The notes under the pieces were generated by a model. The model ran no database searches, was not told where the DNA came from, and worked only from the letters and a program-made list of their open reading frames with translations. A DNA stretch of 49,850 nucleotides from Patescibacteria group bacterium. Its GTDB lineage: Bacteria; Patescibacteriota; Minisyncoccia; Phycocordibacterales; PALSA-1337. The first letter of the stretch is position 1; each line of letters begins with the position of its first letter. Below, one piece after another: positions 17,870 to 27,701 of this stretch. The DNA lies in contig JAZKDJ010000001.1 of assembly GCA_040387635.1 (NCBI GenBank), positions 1-49,850 on the forward strand, written 5' to 3'. The translations under genes were made by a program, and so were the position numbers.

Positions 17870-19645
17870 ATGACAACCCAGAACTACAAAACCGAATGGG
17901 ACTTATCTGTATTTTATTCTTCACCCTCAGATCCCAAGATCAAAGCTGAACTCAAAAAATATAAGTCAGTCATTGAGAAATTTGAGAAAAAATACAGCAA
18001 AGCTAATTTCCTCAAAAACGACAGCGCTCTCGAGAAGGCTTTAAAAAACTACGAGGAACTTTTTAGCATAGCAGCAAGCCCGAAGCCTTTGATTTATGCT
18101 TACCTTCTTACGAACACAAATAGCGGCAAAGCAGAATATCAAGCCCTTCTCGCATCGCTTGCCAACGAATTCACAAATCTCATCAATAAGATAATCTTTT
18201 TTGAACTTAGAATTTCCAAGCTACCCAAACAGCTTCAATCAAAATTCCTCAAGTCAAAGAAACTCTCAAAATATAAATATTTCCTTGAGAATATCTTTAA
18301 GAGAGGCGCTTACACGCTTTCAGAGGCAGAAGAAAAAATAATAAACTTAATGACGCTTCCTGCAAAGGAAATGTGGACCATGGGCCAAGAGAAAGCTTTC
18401 ACCAGCCTTGAAATCGAGCACAAGGGAGAACATCTACCGATCGGCAAAGCTCTCAACATGATCAATGCCGCCCCTACTGAAGAGAGGCGAATGCTGCATG
18501 ATGCCATTGTTGCAAAGATTAAGAGCATGGCTTTCTTTGCGGAAAGCGAAATCAATGCTGTATATACAGTTAAAAAAATTACTGACGAGCTTAAGGGATA
18601 CAAGCGGCCTTACTCAAGCACGCTTCTCGACTACCAAAACGACGAGAAAACAGTTATTGGTATGATTAATACCGTTGCGGAAAACTACAAAATTTCCCAT
18701 AAGTTTTCCGATATTAAATCGAAGCTTCTCGGTCTTGAAAAACTCATGTATTCCGATCGTGCAGTGAATATCACTGGAAAGAAATATGATTTTTCTTTCG
18801 AGAAAACAATAGAAATTATTGAGGAATCTTTCAAAGATCTCGGAAGCTACTACAATGAAACTCTACAAAGAATGCTACGAGATGGTCAAATTGATGTGTA
18901 TCCAGCCAAGGGTAAAACCACGGGTGGTTTTTGCTGGCCAAATCTTGGATTACCTACGTATATACTGCTAAATCACAACAATGAACTCAGATCTGTTCTT
19001 ACCTTGGCACATGAAATGGGACACGCTTACCATTCAGAACTTAGCAAAGGGCAGCCGCCTATTTATGAAGGTCATACTATATCTGTAGCTGAAGTGGCCA
19101 GCACGTTTTTTGAGAACTTCGTATTCGACAAACTTCTTGAAACCGCTGACGACGAGCAAAAAATTATTCTCCTTCACAACAGATTGAATGACGAAATTGC
19201 AACAGTATTTCGGCAGACAGCATTCTTCAATTTTGAACTTGAGCTTCACAATCTCATTAGAGAAAAAGGCGCTGCTTCAAACGAGGAAATTTGTGCGATT
19301 GTAAACAAACATATGTCGGCATATTTAGGACCTCGTTTTGAACTTAAGCCGGATGACGGATATCTCTATGTGGTTGTCAGCCAATTGCGAAGATATTTCT
19401 ATGTATATTCGTATACATACGGCTCTCTCATAAGCTCTACGCTTCACGCACGCTGCGTCAAAGACAAAACATACATGAAAAAAGTTGAGACATTCCTCAA
19501 GGCTGGAGGAAGCATGTCGCCTTATCAAATGTTCAAAGCAATTGGTATCGACACTTCAGATCCAAAGTTTTTCAAAGAAGGATTGAAGGCAATAGAAAAG
19601 AAGGTGGACTATCTAGCAGAGTTGGTTGAGAAAAGAAACAAATAA
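17870..19645 (+). CDS. pepF: M3B oligoendopeptidase F family
   Basis: WDLS N-terminus, IDVYP.KGK.TGGF, TLAHEMGHAYH (HEXXH), AEVASTFFE, FYVYSY. Confidence 0.88.
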   Translation: MTTQNYKTEWDLSVFYSSPSDPKIKAELKKYKSVIEKFEKKYSKANFLKNDSALEKALKNYEELFSIAASPKPLIYAYLLTNTNSGKAEYQALLASLANEFTNLINKIIFFELRISKLPKQLQSKFLKSKKLSKYKYFLENIFKRGAYTLSEAEEKIINLMTLPAKEMWTMGQEKAFTSLEIEHKGEHLPIGKALNMINAAPTEERRMLHDAIVAKIKSMAFFAESEINAVYTVKKITDELKGYKRPYSSTLLDYQNDEKTVIGMINTVAENYKISHKFSDIKSKLLGLEKLMYSDRAVNITGKKYDFSFEKTIEIIEESFKDLGSYYNETLQRMLRDGQIDVYPAKGKTTGGFCWPNLGLPTYILLNHNNELRSVLTLAHEMGHAYHSELSKGQPPIYEGHTISVAEVASTFFENFVFDKLLETADDEQKIILLHNRLNDEIATVFRQTAFFNFELELHNLIREKGAASNEEICAIVNKHMSAYLGPRFELKPDDGYLYVVVSQLRRYFYVYSYTYGSLISSTLHARCVKDKTYMKKVETFLKAGGSMSPYQMFKAIGIDTSDPKFFKEGLKAIEKKVDYLAELVEKRNK

Positions 19646-19657
19646 ATCATCAAAAGA

Positions 19658-19685
19658 AAAAGCGAACACCTCGGTGTTCGCTTTT
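19658..19685. terminator. Bidirectional terminator between convergent genes
   Basis: AAAAGCGAACAC-CTCG-GTGTTCGCTTTT, perfect 12-bp stem. Confidence 0.85.
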
Positions 19686-19710
19686 CGCGTAAGGTTCTAT
19701 GGGCAAAAGC

Positions 19711-21210
19711 CTATCTGACAGCCAGCCGCTCGTCGAGCGCCTTTTGAATCAGTGGCCAGACGATAGTGGCGTCCATCTTGAGCTGAGCCGTTGTAGCCTT
19801 GAGGAAAAACTTGCGCCACGACATGTTTTCCTCATACGTGCATCCGCCCATGCCACCGTGCCAGGGCAACTGCGGATCAATGCGGCAGCCGTACATGAAT
19901 TTCTTCACCGGGAGCTTCGCTGCCTTGCGGGCGTTGATGATCTCGGTGAGAGGAGCAAGGTTCTGGATGTGGTTGCGGGGAATGCCGCCACCAATCGAGA
20001 TGATGCCCAGGCGCTTGGCGCCGGTAAACATTTTCAAGAGCTTTTGCGTATCGAGCTCCTGATTCATAACGAACTGTTCCTTGCCGCGCAGGGCACGGAG
20101 CATGTTATGCGTCATATGATCGTTGCCGAGCTCGGAATCATGGAATGCCGGCACCATTACGGGCACACCCTTTTTGTAAGCGGCCTTGAGGATGCCTCTG
20201 CATTTCCCATACTTCGGGTGATAGGCAAGGTACTTGCCGATCTCGCTATGGAGCCGTGCAGGGGAATGGTTTTTCCCGTCGAGGTCCGACAGCACTGCGT
20301 TCAAAACCTCATCAATATGATCGAAGTTGGTCTCGGGCTCAAGCGTGTCAGTGACACGATTCATGCCGAGCTTGGCAAGCATTCCGTCGTCGAACTTGGG
20401 ATCATACTTGTAATGCGCCAAGCCTGTGCCAGCAATGAGACCGTGTGCCATCAAGGCACCCGTCGAAGCAATACAATCAACGCGATTTTTCTCAAGCATG
20501 TCGCAGATGAGCAGCGAGAGCTGTGCAACTGTCATGGCACCCGAGAGTGTCATGAAGACCGTGCAGCCTGGATCGCGTTGCATTACCTCCCACGTATGCA
20601 CCGCATGACGAACCTGCTGTCCAGTGTCGCCATAGTTAGCGACTTCTTCAATTGCCTGAAAAACCGTCCGCGGCACACTTAACTTCAGGCGTTCATCGAG
20701 AACGCGAAAGATGAGCGGAATGATAAACGCAGGATCTGCGAAAATCACGTTAGGGAAGTAGCCGTCCTGGATTTGACCAGGCCGACACCTGCCCTCGGAG
20801 TTAATAAAGATCACCTCCGGACCCAACTCTTCGTGGAGGAGCTCTTCGTAATACGAGGAGTAATTCCCAACAACAAGAACAGGGCGGTCGCCGATAGCTA
20901 TGCGATACCGGCAGTAGTCCTCACTCGAAAGGATTGCATAAAACCACCCCCGGTGATGTCGCGCATACGCTAGTGCTTCATACATCCGATTATTGACGGT
21001 AGGACCGTCGTAGATGACACAGGGCTTTTGAGGCTCCTTCACCCATTTAGTAAGCGTCGCGCTCACGTCTCCCAACATTCGTCCGCCGAAAGCCGTCCGA
21101 CTCATGCCGTCAACGAGTTGGCCGATGGTAGTGTGTTTGGATAAATCAAGCGGTTCAAGCCGCTGCATAGATTGTAGGAACTTCTTAGCTGAAGCATGTT
21201 TGCTCTTCAT
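19711..21210 (-). CDS. Deoxyhypusine-synthase-like protein (499 aa; possible homospermidine synthase)
   Basis: VFMTLSGAM, STGALMAH, PAFHDSELG, IGGGIPRNH, CTYEENMSWRK (catalytic Lys position), MDATIVWPL. Confidence 0.85.
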   Translation of the reverse strand: MKSKHASAKKFLQSMQRLEPLDLSKHTTIGQLVDGMSRTAFGGRMLGDVSATLTKWVKEPQKPCVIYDGPTVNNRMYEALAYARHHRGWFYAILSSEDYCRYRIAIGDRPVLVVGNYSSYYEELLHEELGPEVIFINSEGRCRPGQIQDGYFPNVIFADPAFIIPLIFRVLDERLKLSVPRTVFQAIEEVANYGDTGQQVRHAVHTWEVMQRDPGCTVFMTLSGAMTVAQLSLLICDMLEKNRVDCIASTGALMAHGLIAGTGLAHYKYDPKFDDGMLAKLGMNRVTDTLEPETNFDHIDEVLNAVLSDLDGKNHSPARLHSEIGKYLAYHPKYGKCRGILKAAYKKGVPVMVPAFHDSELGNDHMTHNMLRALRGKEQFVMNQELDTQKLLKMFTGAKRLGIISIGGGIPRNHIQNLAPLTEIINARKAAKLPVKKFMYGCRIDPQLPWHGGMGGCTYEENMSWRKFFLKATTAQLKMDATIVWPLIQKALDERLAVR

Positions 21211-21292
21211 AGATTTTCAAATGTCTGTTCTTAAAACTAGTCGAATTGAGACATAAGTCAAGGATTGAAATTATCTGAAGTTCAAACGAAAA

Positions 21293-21320
21293 CACTCCTC
21301 CAGGTTTCCCTTGAGGAGTG
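21293..21320 (-). terminator. Terminator of the minus-strand 126-aa gene
   Basis: CACTCCTC-N12-GAGGAGTG with an A-run on the left (U-tract on the minus strand). Confidence 0.65.
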
Positions 21321-21364
21321 CACAAAACTGTGTGAATACTACTTGAAGTTAGTTCAGGCCCGTG

Positions 21365-21745
21365 TCAGGCCGACTCAGCGCCGAAAACTTTGCGGGGCTC
21401 CATTATTTCTTGCCTCTGCAGCTTCGCGTAAAAATCGCTGAATGCAGAGCTTTGTACTTCTTTGGCGAAGTCAGCGATCATCACGACTTCTTCTTCAGGA
21501 GTACGTGCGAATTGAAGAATGGTGGGCAGTACTTTTTTCATAACGAACACCACACCCACATCATCTCTGTGAACAAGCGGAGTACCGCCCATCTGCCTGA
21601 AACGAAGTTCAACGAGAAGGGCGCTAGCCACCAAGAAATCAACATTGAATCGATCATACTCCTCTTCAACTTTGAAGAGTTCGCGCATAAGTTCACCAAG
21701 AACACGTTGTCGTTCCGCTCCACGGACCATCCATGCGTCACTCAT
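21365..21745 (-). CDS. Hypothetical protein (126 aa)
   Basis: ATG-started ORF with amphipathic helical composition, own terminator, fills the gap before alaS. Confidence 0.6.
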   Translation of the reverse strand: MSDAWMVRGAERQRVLGELMRELFKVEEEYDRFNVDFLVASALLVELRFRQMGGTPLVHRDDVGVVFVMKKVLPTILQFARTPEEEVVMIADFAKEVQSSAFSDFYAKLQRQEIMEPRKVFGAESA

Positions 21746-21855
21746 ACTTGATCTTCAAATTCTATTGTATAGGATGCAACTTTTACTAATGAATGTCAAA
21801 ACTCTTTTTGCTTTTTTCAGAAAATGTGTAGAATTAGCACATTCACATTAAACAT

Positions 21856-23733
21856 ATGACCCTGCACGAAGTACGCACCAAATATCTTGAGTTTTACAAG
21901 AAGCACGGCCACACCGAGATTCCTTCGGCGAGGCTTGTTCCCGAAAACGACCCGACAACACTATTTACAGGTTCGGGTATGCAGCCACTTGTGCCATACC
22001 TTCTCGGACAAAAGCATCCGCAGGGAGGAAAGCTTGTTAACTCTCAGAGATGTTTCCGATCAGGAGACATCGATGATATTGGAGACAACCGACACACAAC
22101 ATTTTTTGAAATGCTTGGTAACTGGTCGCTTGGAACATACTTCAAGGAAGAACAGCTTCCGTGGATTTTCTCATTCCTTACCGAAGAGGCAGGTATTGAT
22201 CCAGCACGACTCTATGTAACAGTTTTTGCAGGTGACGAATCCAACAACATTCCTCGCGACACTGAATCAGTAGCGCTTTGGAAAAAACTTTTTGCTGACA
22301 AAGGAATCGACGCGAAGGATGTTGAGATAATAACTGAAGCTCGAGGAGGTGAAGTAGGAATGCAGGGTGGAAGGATTTTCTATTACGACGCCAAGAAAAA
22401 CTGGTGGTCACGAACAGGCGTACCTTCAAACATGCCTGCTAATGAGCCTGGAGGACCAGACTCAGAAATGTTCTATGAGTTCACACATGTTGAGCATGAC
22501 CCGAAGTTCGGCAAGCACTGCCATCCAAACTGCGACTGTGGACGATTTCTTGAGATCGGCAACTCTGTTTTCATGGAGTATAAAAAGAATCCTGACGGAA
22601 CATTTTCAAAACTTCCACAACGAAACGTAGACTTCGGAGGAGGACTTGAGCGTATTGCCATGGCCTCACAGAATCTCGCTGACATTATAAGAATCGATGT
22701 TTTCAAAGATTTGATTGCTTCAATGGAGAAGCTTTCAGGCAAAAAATATGACGATGCAGCCTATACGGCAGCCTTTAGAATCGTTGCAGACCATCTCCGA
22801 GCAGCTGCATTCCTCATTGGTGATGGCGTCCTTCCATCCAACTCAGACCAAGGATATTTCGTTCGACGATTGATCAGAAGGGCAGTGCGATACTGGGACA
22901 AGCTTGGCATCAAAGATGGCGGGCTGTTCTTGTCTGTTGAACCTATTGTTGAATACTACAAAACTTCATATCCAGAAATATACGCAAATAAGCTTTCTAT
23001 TATTGATGAAATAAAGCATGAAGAAGAGAGGTTCCGAAAGACTCTTGAGCACGGCCTTAAGGAATTTGAGAAAATTTCTACAACGTCAGCTGAAGCTATT
23101 TCAGGCAAAGATGCATTCATTCTTTTCTCAACATACGGATTCCCGTTGGAGATAACTGTGGAGCTTGCAAAAGAGAAGGGTAAGACTGTGGACAACGAAA
23201 GTTTCAAAGAAGAATTTAAGAAACATCAGGACGCATCACGCTCAGGATCAGAACAAAAATTCAAAGGAGGACTCGCAGACACATCAGAGAAATCTCTTCA
23301 GTACCACACAGCAACACACCTTCTCCACAAAGCACTTCGAGAAGTACTCGGAACGCATGTTGAGCAGCGTGGATCAAACATTACCCCAGAGCGACTTCGC
23401 TTCGACTTTTCTCATACTCAGAAAATGACTGACGAGGAAAAGAAAAAAGTAGAAGACATCGTCAACGAACAAATCAAAGCAGCACTTCCAGTACAAAGAG
23501 TTGTTCTTCCAAAGGACCAAGCTGTCGCGACTGGTGCGCTGCATTTCTTCGGTGAGAAGTATGGAGACGAAGTAAGCGTCTATTTCATAGGAACCTCAAT
23601 CGACACAGCATTCTCAAAGGAATTCTGCGGAGGACCTCACGTTGAAAACACAGGCAACCTAGGAAAGTTTAAGATCTCCAAGGAAGAAGCTGCCGCTGCA
23701 GGAATTCGAAGAATCAAAGCTGTTCTAGAATAA
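21856..23733 (+). CDS. alaS: Alanine--tRNA ligase (short form, no C-Ala domain)
   Basis: DPTTLFTGSGMQ, HTTFFEMLGNWS, DFGGGLER, HTATHLLH, EFCGGPHV, GIRRIKA at the extreme C-terminus. Confidence 0.96.
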   Translation: MTLHEVRTKYLEFYKKHGHTEIPSARLVPENDPTTLFTGSGMQPLVPYLLGQKHPQGGKLVNSQRCFRSGDIDDIGDNRHTTFFEMLGNWSLGTYFKEEQLPWIFSFLTEEAGIDPARLYVTVFAGDESNNIPRDTESVALWKKLFADKGIDAKDVEIITEARGGEVGMQGGRIFYYDAKKNWWSRTGVPSNMPANEPGGPDSEMFYEFTHVEHDPKFGKHCHPNCDCGRFLEIGNSVFMEYKKNPDGTFSKLPQRNVDFGGGLERIAMASQNLADIIRIDVFKDLIASMEKLSGKKYDDAAYTAAFRIVADHLRAAAFLIGDGVLPSNSDQGYFVRRLIRRAVRYWDKLGIKDGGLFLSVEPIVEYYKTSYPEIYANKLSIIDEIKHEEERFRKTLEHGLKEFEKISTTSAEAISGKDAFILFSTYGFPLEITVELAKEKGKTVDNESFKEEFKKHQDASRSGSEQKFKGGLADTSEKSLQYHTATHLLHKALREVLGTHVEQRGSNITPERLRFDFSHTQKMTDEEKKKVEDIVNEQIKAALPVQRVVLPKDQAVATGALHFFGEKYGDEVSVYFIGTSIDTAFSKEFCGGPHVENTGNLGKFKISKEEAAAAGIRRIKAVLE

Positions 23734-23819
23734 TTCTTCATTTTAAGTTAATAAAAATCTGGTAATCAACAGGAGCTCATTGCAAGCTCTAAAAGCTTGT
23801 AGTACTATTTTTGCAGACC

Positions 23820-24044
23820 ATGAACACCAAGCATATGTTGCACCAGCCCGGCACAGCCAACACAGTTGGACACAATCAAGGATTCGCAGTCGGAAGCATG
23901 CCATTCCCGTTTGCTTCCACACAGTCACCTTCCGATCGAGGAGGAGACACTGCCGAAAACTTCGCACACACCTTTACGCGCGCTGACAAGGCCACCGCAG
24001 ATGCTGCGGCACGTCTCAATCGCCGACTGCTTACCTCGGAATAA
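23820..24044 (+). CDS. Small hypothetical protein (74 aa)
   Basis: TTGCAA-N17-TACTAT at 23780-23808 upstream; terminator at 24073-24111 downstream. Confidence 0.5.
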   Translation: MNTKHMLHQPGTANTVGHNQGFAVGSMPFPFASTQSPSDRGGDTAENFAHTFTRADKATADAAARLNRRLLTSE

Positions 24045-24072
24045 CCACCATTCGACGAGGGCCATATCTTTC

Positions 24073-24111
24073 GAAGCTCCAGACCACAAGGTACTGGAGC
24101 TTCTTTCTTTT
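24073..24111 (+). terminator. Intrinsic terminator
   Basis: GAAGCTCCAG-N11-CTGGAGCTTC-TTTCTTTT. Confidence 0.8.
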
Positions 24112-24161
24112 CCACAAAATTTAGACAAATTAAGGCAATCCAGCGTGGTATAATTTGTCGT

Positions 24162-25370
24162 ATGAATTTTACCCGCTTCTTCTCGCACCCAAAAGAAGAA
24201 TTGACACTCATTCTTGATATCCAAAGCGAGAACGTCTCCGGCGCACTAGTTTCATTTTCTAATGACGGCAAGCCGATGATTATGGCGTACCAGAAGGACG
24301 ACATTGCGTTCAGGAAGCTTACCGACTCCAAATTTCTTACCAAAGCCATGCTCGCGTCGCTCGAATCCGTGGTAAATACGCTCATTATGGTCAATTTGCC
24401 GAAGCTCAATCATGCTGACGGTGTTAGAAGGAAAGTACGATCAACACATTTGCTCTTGGCGCCGCCATGGTGCATGTCACAGTCAAAAACTGTAACCCTT
24501 CACTACGACAAACCTACTGATGTGGGCAAAAAGGAGATTGATCGCGTGCTTGCAGACCAGAAAAAAGTACTCGAAGACGAATACAAGAAAAGCAGTGAAG
24601 CCGATCAGTCTACATATGACGTCACATTTTTCGAACAGAAGGTGCTCGACATTCAATGCAACGGCTACTCCATCAAGAATATCGAATCCGTATCGGTAAC
24701 CAACTTATCGGTTTCTTTTGTAACAAGCATTACATCTTCATTTTTTCTTGAACAAATCAAAGTCGTGCTTGATAAGTTTATGCATGGATACAAGGAATAC
24801 GTACACTCATCAGTACTCCTTGAATACACATCGCTACGGGATATTTATCATTCTATGAATGAATACGTTCTCATCAGAACACTCGGTGAACTCACTGACA
24901 TCATCATCATCAAAAACGGTTCCTGCGTGAATATCGCTTCGTTTCCTTGTGGAAGCCATACGATTGCGCGCAAAATCGCAAGAAAACTCCAGCTACCAAC
25001 TCATAATGCCTATATTTACCTCAAAACCGGCCACCAGCAGAGTGATATCAAGATAGATGGCAAGATATCGCATTACATGGACAATGTCATTAAGGCTTGG
25101 GAATCTCTCTGCGTTGATACGTTCAAAACTATTGAGCAATCAACAACTATCCCGCGCACGTGGTTCCATATCGGTACAGAGGCGCAGGATATTTTCCTAA
25201 CATCCCTCAAAAATGCGGCCGAAAAGATTCATGGAGGAGGTATGGAATTCACAATTATCACGCCCGATGTGAGTTCGGCCAAAGAAGATGTCGCAAGCTC
25301 TTCCAGTTGTGGCACTGTTTCTGATAGAATGTATCTCCATGTCCGATCACTTGAACATTTGTTAAGTTAA
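24162..25370 (+). CDS. FtsA/PilM-like actin-fold protein with degenerate motifs
   Basis: LILDIQSENVSGALV and LIRTLGELTDIIIIKNG...FPCGSHTIARKIA parallel the FtsA phosphate-1 and phosphate-2 regions. Confidence 0.55.
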   Translation: MNFTRFFSHPKEELTLILDIQSENVSGALVSFSNDGKPMIMAYQKDDIAFRKLTDSKFLTKAMLASLESVVNTLIMVNLPKLNHADGVRRKVRSTHLLLAPPWCMSQSKTVTLHYDKPTDVGKKEIDRVLADQKKVLEDEYKKSSEADQSTYDVTFFEQKVLDIQCNGYSIKNIESVSVTNLSVSFVTSITSSFFLEQIKVVLDKFMHGYKEYVHSSVLLEYTSLRDIYHSMNEYVLIRTLGELTDIIIIKNGSCVNIASFPCGSHTIARKIARKLQLPTHNAYIYLKTGHQQSDIKIDGKISHYMDNVIKAWESLCVDTFKTIEQSTTIPRTWFHIGTEAQDIFLTSLKNAAEKIHGGGMEFTIITPDVSSAKEDVASSSSCGTVSDRMYLHVRSLEHLLS

Positions 25371-25387
25371 TCCTACTCCCCAAAGCA

Positions 25388-26860
25388 ATGCCTAAAAAAA
25401 TTCTACAAGACGTCGTTCCTAAAAAAAGCATCCGGTCCATCACAAGGACTGACTTGTCCGGCCAGCCCGCAGCCCCAGCTCGAGAAACTCTCCGCCCTGA
25501 GCCGAGAATGGAACCTCGTCATGAGATACGTTCTGAAGTACCTGAACCAGCGCCAAGACCAGAAGCGAGACCGGAAGTAAGGCGAGCTCCAATACGCCCA
25601 ATGCCAATGACGCCTCCACCTCAGCCTCAACAGAACCGTGAGTATATTAGGCGCCAGGAGGAATTCGGTAGTGAACCGCCAGTAGTACGAACAGAGAAAC
25701 GATCTTCATCTCGAAGAGTCATATATTTTGTTGGAATTGTCCTCATCCTATTGGCCGTTGCAGCAGGACTTATGAGCGTTTTCTCATATGCATCAGTGAA
25801 AATCACACCGAAAAGGCAAATTGTGCAGGTTGATACGATCATGACTGCCAAGAAGGACCCTAAACTCCTAAGCGAGCTACCTTATGAAGTACTTTCTCTC
25901 TCTAACACAGCCACACAGGACGTTGTGGCGACACCAGGAGACATTGTACAAGTGAAGGCAAAGGGCCGAGCAGTGCTTTATAACAGCTTCAGCGCAGAGG
26001 CTCAGAAGCTTGTTGCTGGAACACGACTCCAAAACACAAAAGGACTTATCTACCGAATCGACACGAACGTAACCATTCCTGGATACAAGAAGGTTGGTAC
26101 AAAAATAACTCCAGGATCATTGGAGGTAGGAATTACGGCTGATCAGTATGGTGATATCTACAATTCAAAACTCACCGATCTTACGGGAGACTTTACGATT
26201 GTTGCTTTTGAGGATACTCCAAAGGCAAAAACTATCTATGGAAGACTGAAGTCAGACATAACTGGAGGATTTGTTGGCCGAAAGCTCACTGTCGCACCTG
26301 AAGTCGCAAGCTCTACCGAACAAATGCTTCGAAAGGAAATAGAAGCAAAGCTCATGCAGGAATATACCAGCCGAATACCACAGGGCTTCATTGCATATCC
26401 AGGAACACATGTCATCAGCTACGATAAGCCTGAAGTAACCACAAACGAGGGTGGTAAAGGTCAGATGACGCAAACAGGAACAATCTACGGCTCTATCTTG
26501 AGCATTGATTCTCTCGTAAACAAGCTCCTATCTAAGGAATCAGAGCGTTTCCCTAAGGAATACTATTCTCCACAGGGACTTGATAGCCTTGAATTTACCC
26601 TCATAAACAAGAAGGAGTTCTCAGCAGCCAAAGACACAAACATGACCTTCCAGCTCAAGGGAACTATGTACATGGTTGGATTGGTACCTGCGGAGGATCT
26701 TAAGAAAACCCTTACAGGTCTAACCTTGGATGAAAGCAAGAGTATTTTCAGCAATTATAAGGGGGTAGGAAATGCCAATGTGAGCGTTACGCCATTCTGG
26801 ATCGATCATTTCCCGAAGAAAGCTGACCGTATCTCAATAGATACTATTGACTTTAAGTAG
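25388..26860 (+). CDS. Bitopic membrane protein with a baseplate-J-like extracytoplasmic domain
   Basis: Pro/Arg/Glu-rich N-terminus; one TM ([22 protein letters not shown]); then AKGRAVLYN...QKLVAGTRL...V.I.AD..GD.YN, the pattern of baseplate J-like domains. Confidence 0.6.
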   Translation: MPKKILQDVVPKKSIRSITRTDLSGQPAAPARETLRPEPRMEPRHEIRSEVPEPAPRPEARPEVRRAPIRPMPMTPPPQPQQNREYIRRQEEFGSEPPVVRTEKRSSSRRVIYFVGIVLILLAVAAGLMSVFSYASVKITPKRQIVQVDTIMTAKKDPKLLSELPYEVLSLSNTATQDVVATPGDIVQVKAKGRAVLYNSFSAEAQKLVAGTRLQNTKGLIYRIDTNVTIPGYKKVGTKITPGSLEVGITADQYGDIYNSKLTDLTGDFTIVAFEDTPKAKTIYGRLKSDITGGFVGRKLTVAPEVASSTEQMLRKEIEAKLMQEYTSRIPQGFIAYPGTHVISYDKPEVTTNEGGKGQMTQTGTIYGSILSIDSLVNKLLSKESERFPKEYYSPQGLDSLEFTLINKKEFSAAKDTNMTFQLKGTMYMVGLVPAEDLKKTLTGLTLDESKSIFSNYKGVGNANVSVTPFWIDHFPKKADRISIDTIDFK

Positions 26861-26898
26861 AGGTTTCTGCTAATATGCTTCCACCTGTAGATAACGTA

Positions 26899-27117
26899 AT
26901 GGACACTCAAAAAAAGGCAAAACCAGCATCCGGAGTCGTAACCGAAGCGTTGCCTGATACGTTATTCCGAGTAAAGCTCGACGGGAGCGAGGAAATCATA
27001 CTCGCATATCTCGCCGGAAAGATGAGAATGAATCGCATTCGAGTCCTTATTGGTGATAAGGTGGAACTTGATCTTGATCCATATGGAGGAAGAGCAAGAA
27101 TCACGAGGAGATTTTAA
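26899..27117 (+). CDS. infA: Translation initiation factor IF-1
   Basis: [40 protein letters not shown]. Confidence 0.95.
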   Translation: MDTQKKAKPASGVVTEALPDTLFRVKLDGSEEIILAYLAGKMRMNRIRVLIGDKVELDLDPYGGRARITRRF

Positions 27118-27155
27118 TTCGACATTATAATTCACTTATAGCACGCATAAGCAAT

Positions 27156-27272
27156 ATGAAAGTTCGAGCATCAGTTAAAAAGATGTGCGCAAAATGTTCA
27201 GTAGTCCGACGAAAGGGCTATGTTTATGTGGTGTGCAAAGGAAATCCTCGCCATAAGCAGCGACAAGGTTAA
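27156..27272 (+). CDS. rpmJ: 50S ribosomal protein L36 (Zn-ribbon form; not in ORF track)
   Basis: [38 protein letters not shown], between infA and rpsM. Confidence 0.97.
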   Translation: MKVRASVKKMCAKCSVVRRKGYVYVVCKGNPRHKQRQG

Positions 27273-27310
27273 TATAACGATATTTAAATAAATTTTATTA
27301 CAACGTCACC

Positions 27311-27691
27311 ATGCGAATACTCGGTATAACAATCCCTGAAGACAAAAGACTTGAAATCGCCCTCACGACACTCTATGGAGTAGGACGATCACGAGCTCAG
27401 TACATTTTGGATAAAGCAAAGGTAGGCCACGCCGTCAAAGCAAAGGACTTGAGCGTTGAGCAAGAGAACGAGATCCGAAAGACTGTCGAAGCTTTCAAGA
27501 TCGAGGGAGACCTCAAGCGAGAGACTGCTTCAAACATCAAACGATTGAAGGACATCAAAGCATATAGGGGCATGCGACACGCTCGAAAGCTCCCAAGCAG
27601 GGGCCAGAGAACGAAGACGAATTCCCGAACGCTTCGAGGAAACCAGCGAAAGACCATGGGTTCAGGACGAAAGAAAGAAGAAAAGAAGTAA
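27311..27691 (+). CDS. rpsM: 30S ribosomal protein S13
   Basis: IALTTLYGVG, YRGMRH..KLPSRGQRTKTN.RT. Confidence 0.97.
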   Translation: MRILGITIPEDKRLEIALTTLYGVGRSRAQYILDKAKVGHAVKAKDLSVEQENEIRKTVEAFKIEGDLKRETASNIKRLKDIKAYRGMRHARKLPSRGQRTKTNSRTLRGNQRKTMGSGRKKEEKK

Positions 27692-27701
27692 TTAATGTAA
27701 T

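Noticed and set aside
19699-20682. 327-aa plus-strand ORF antisense to the DHS-like gene
   Set aside because: Shadow frame of a GC-rich gene; no motifs, while the opposite strand has clear family motifs.
25480-25630. Pro/Glu/Arg pseudo-repeats ([11 protein letters not shown]...RPEARPE)
   Set aside because: Low-complexity linker within a CDS; not a DNA tandem repeat or CRISPR array.
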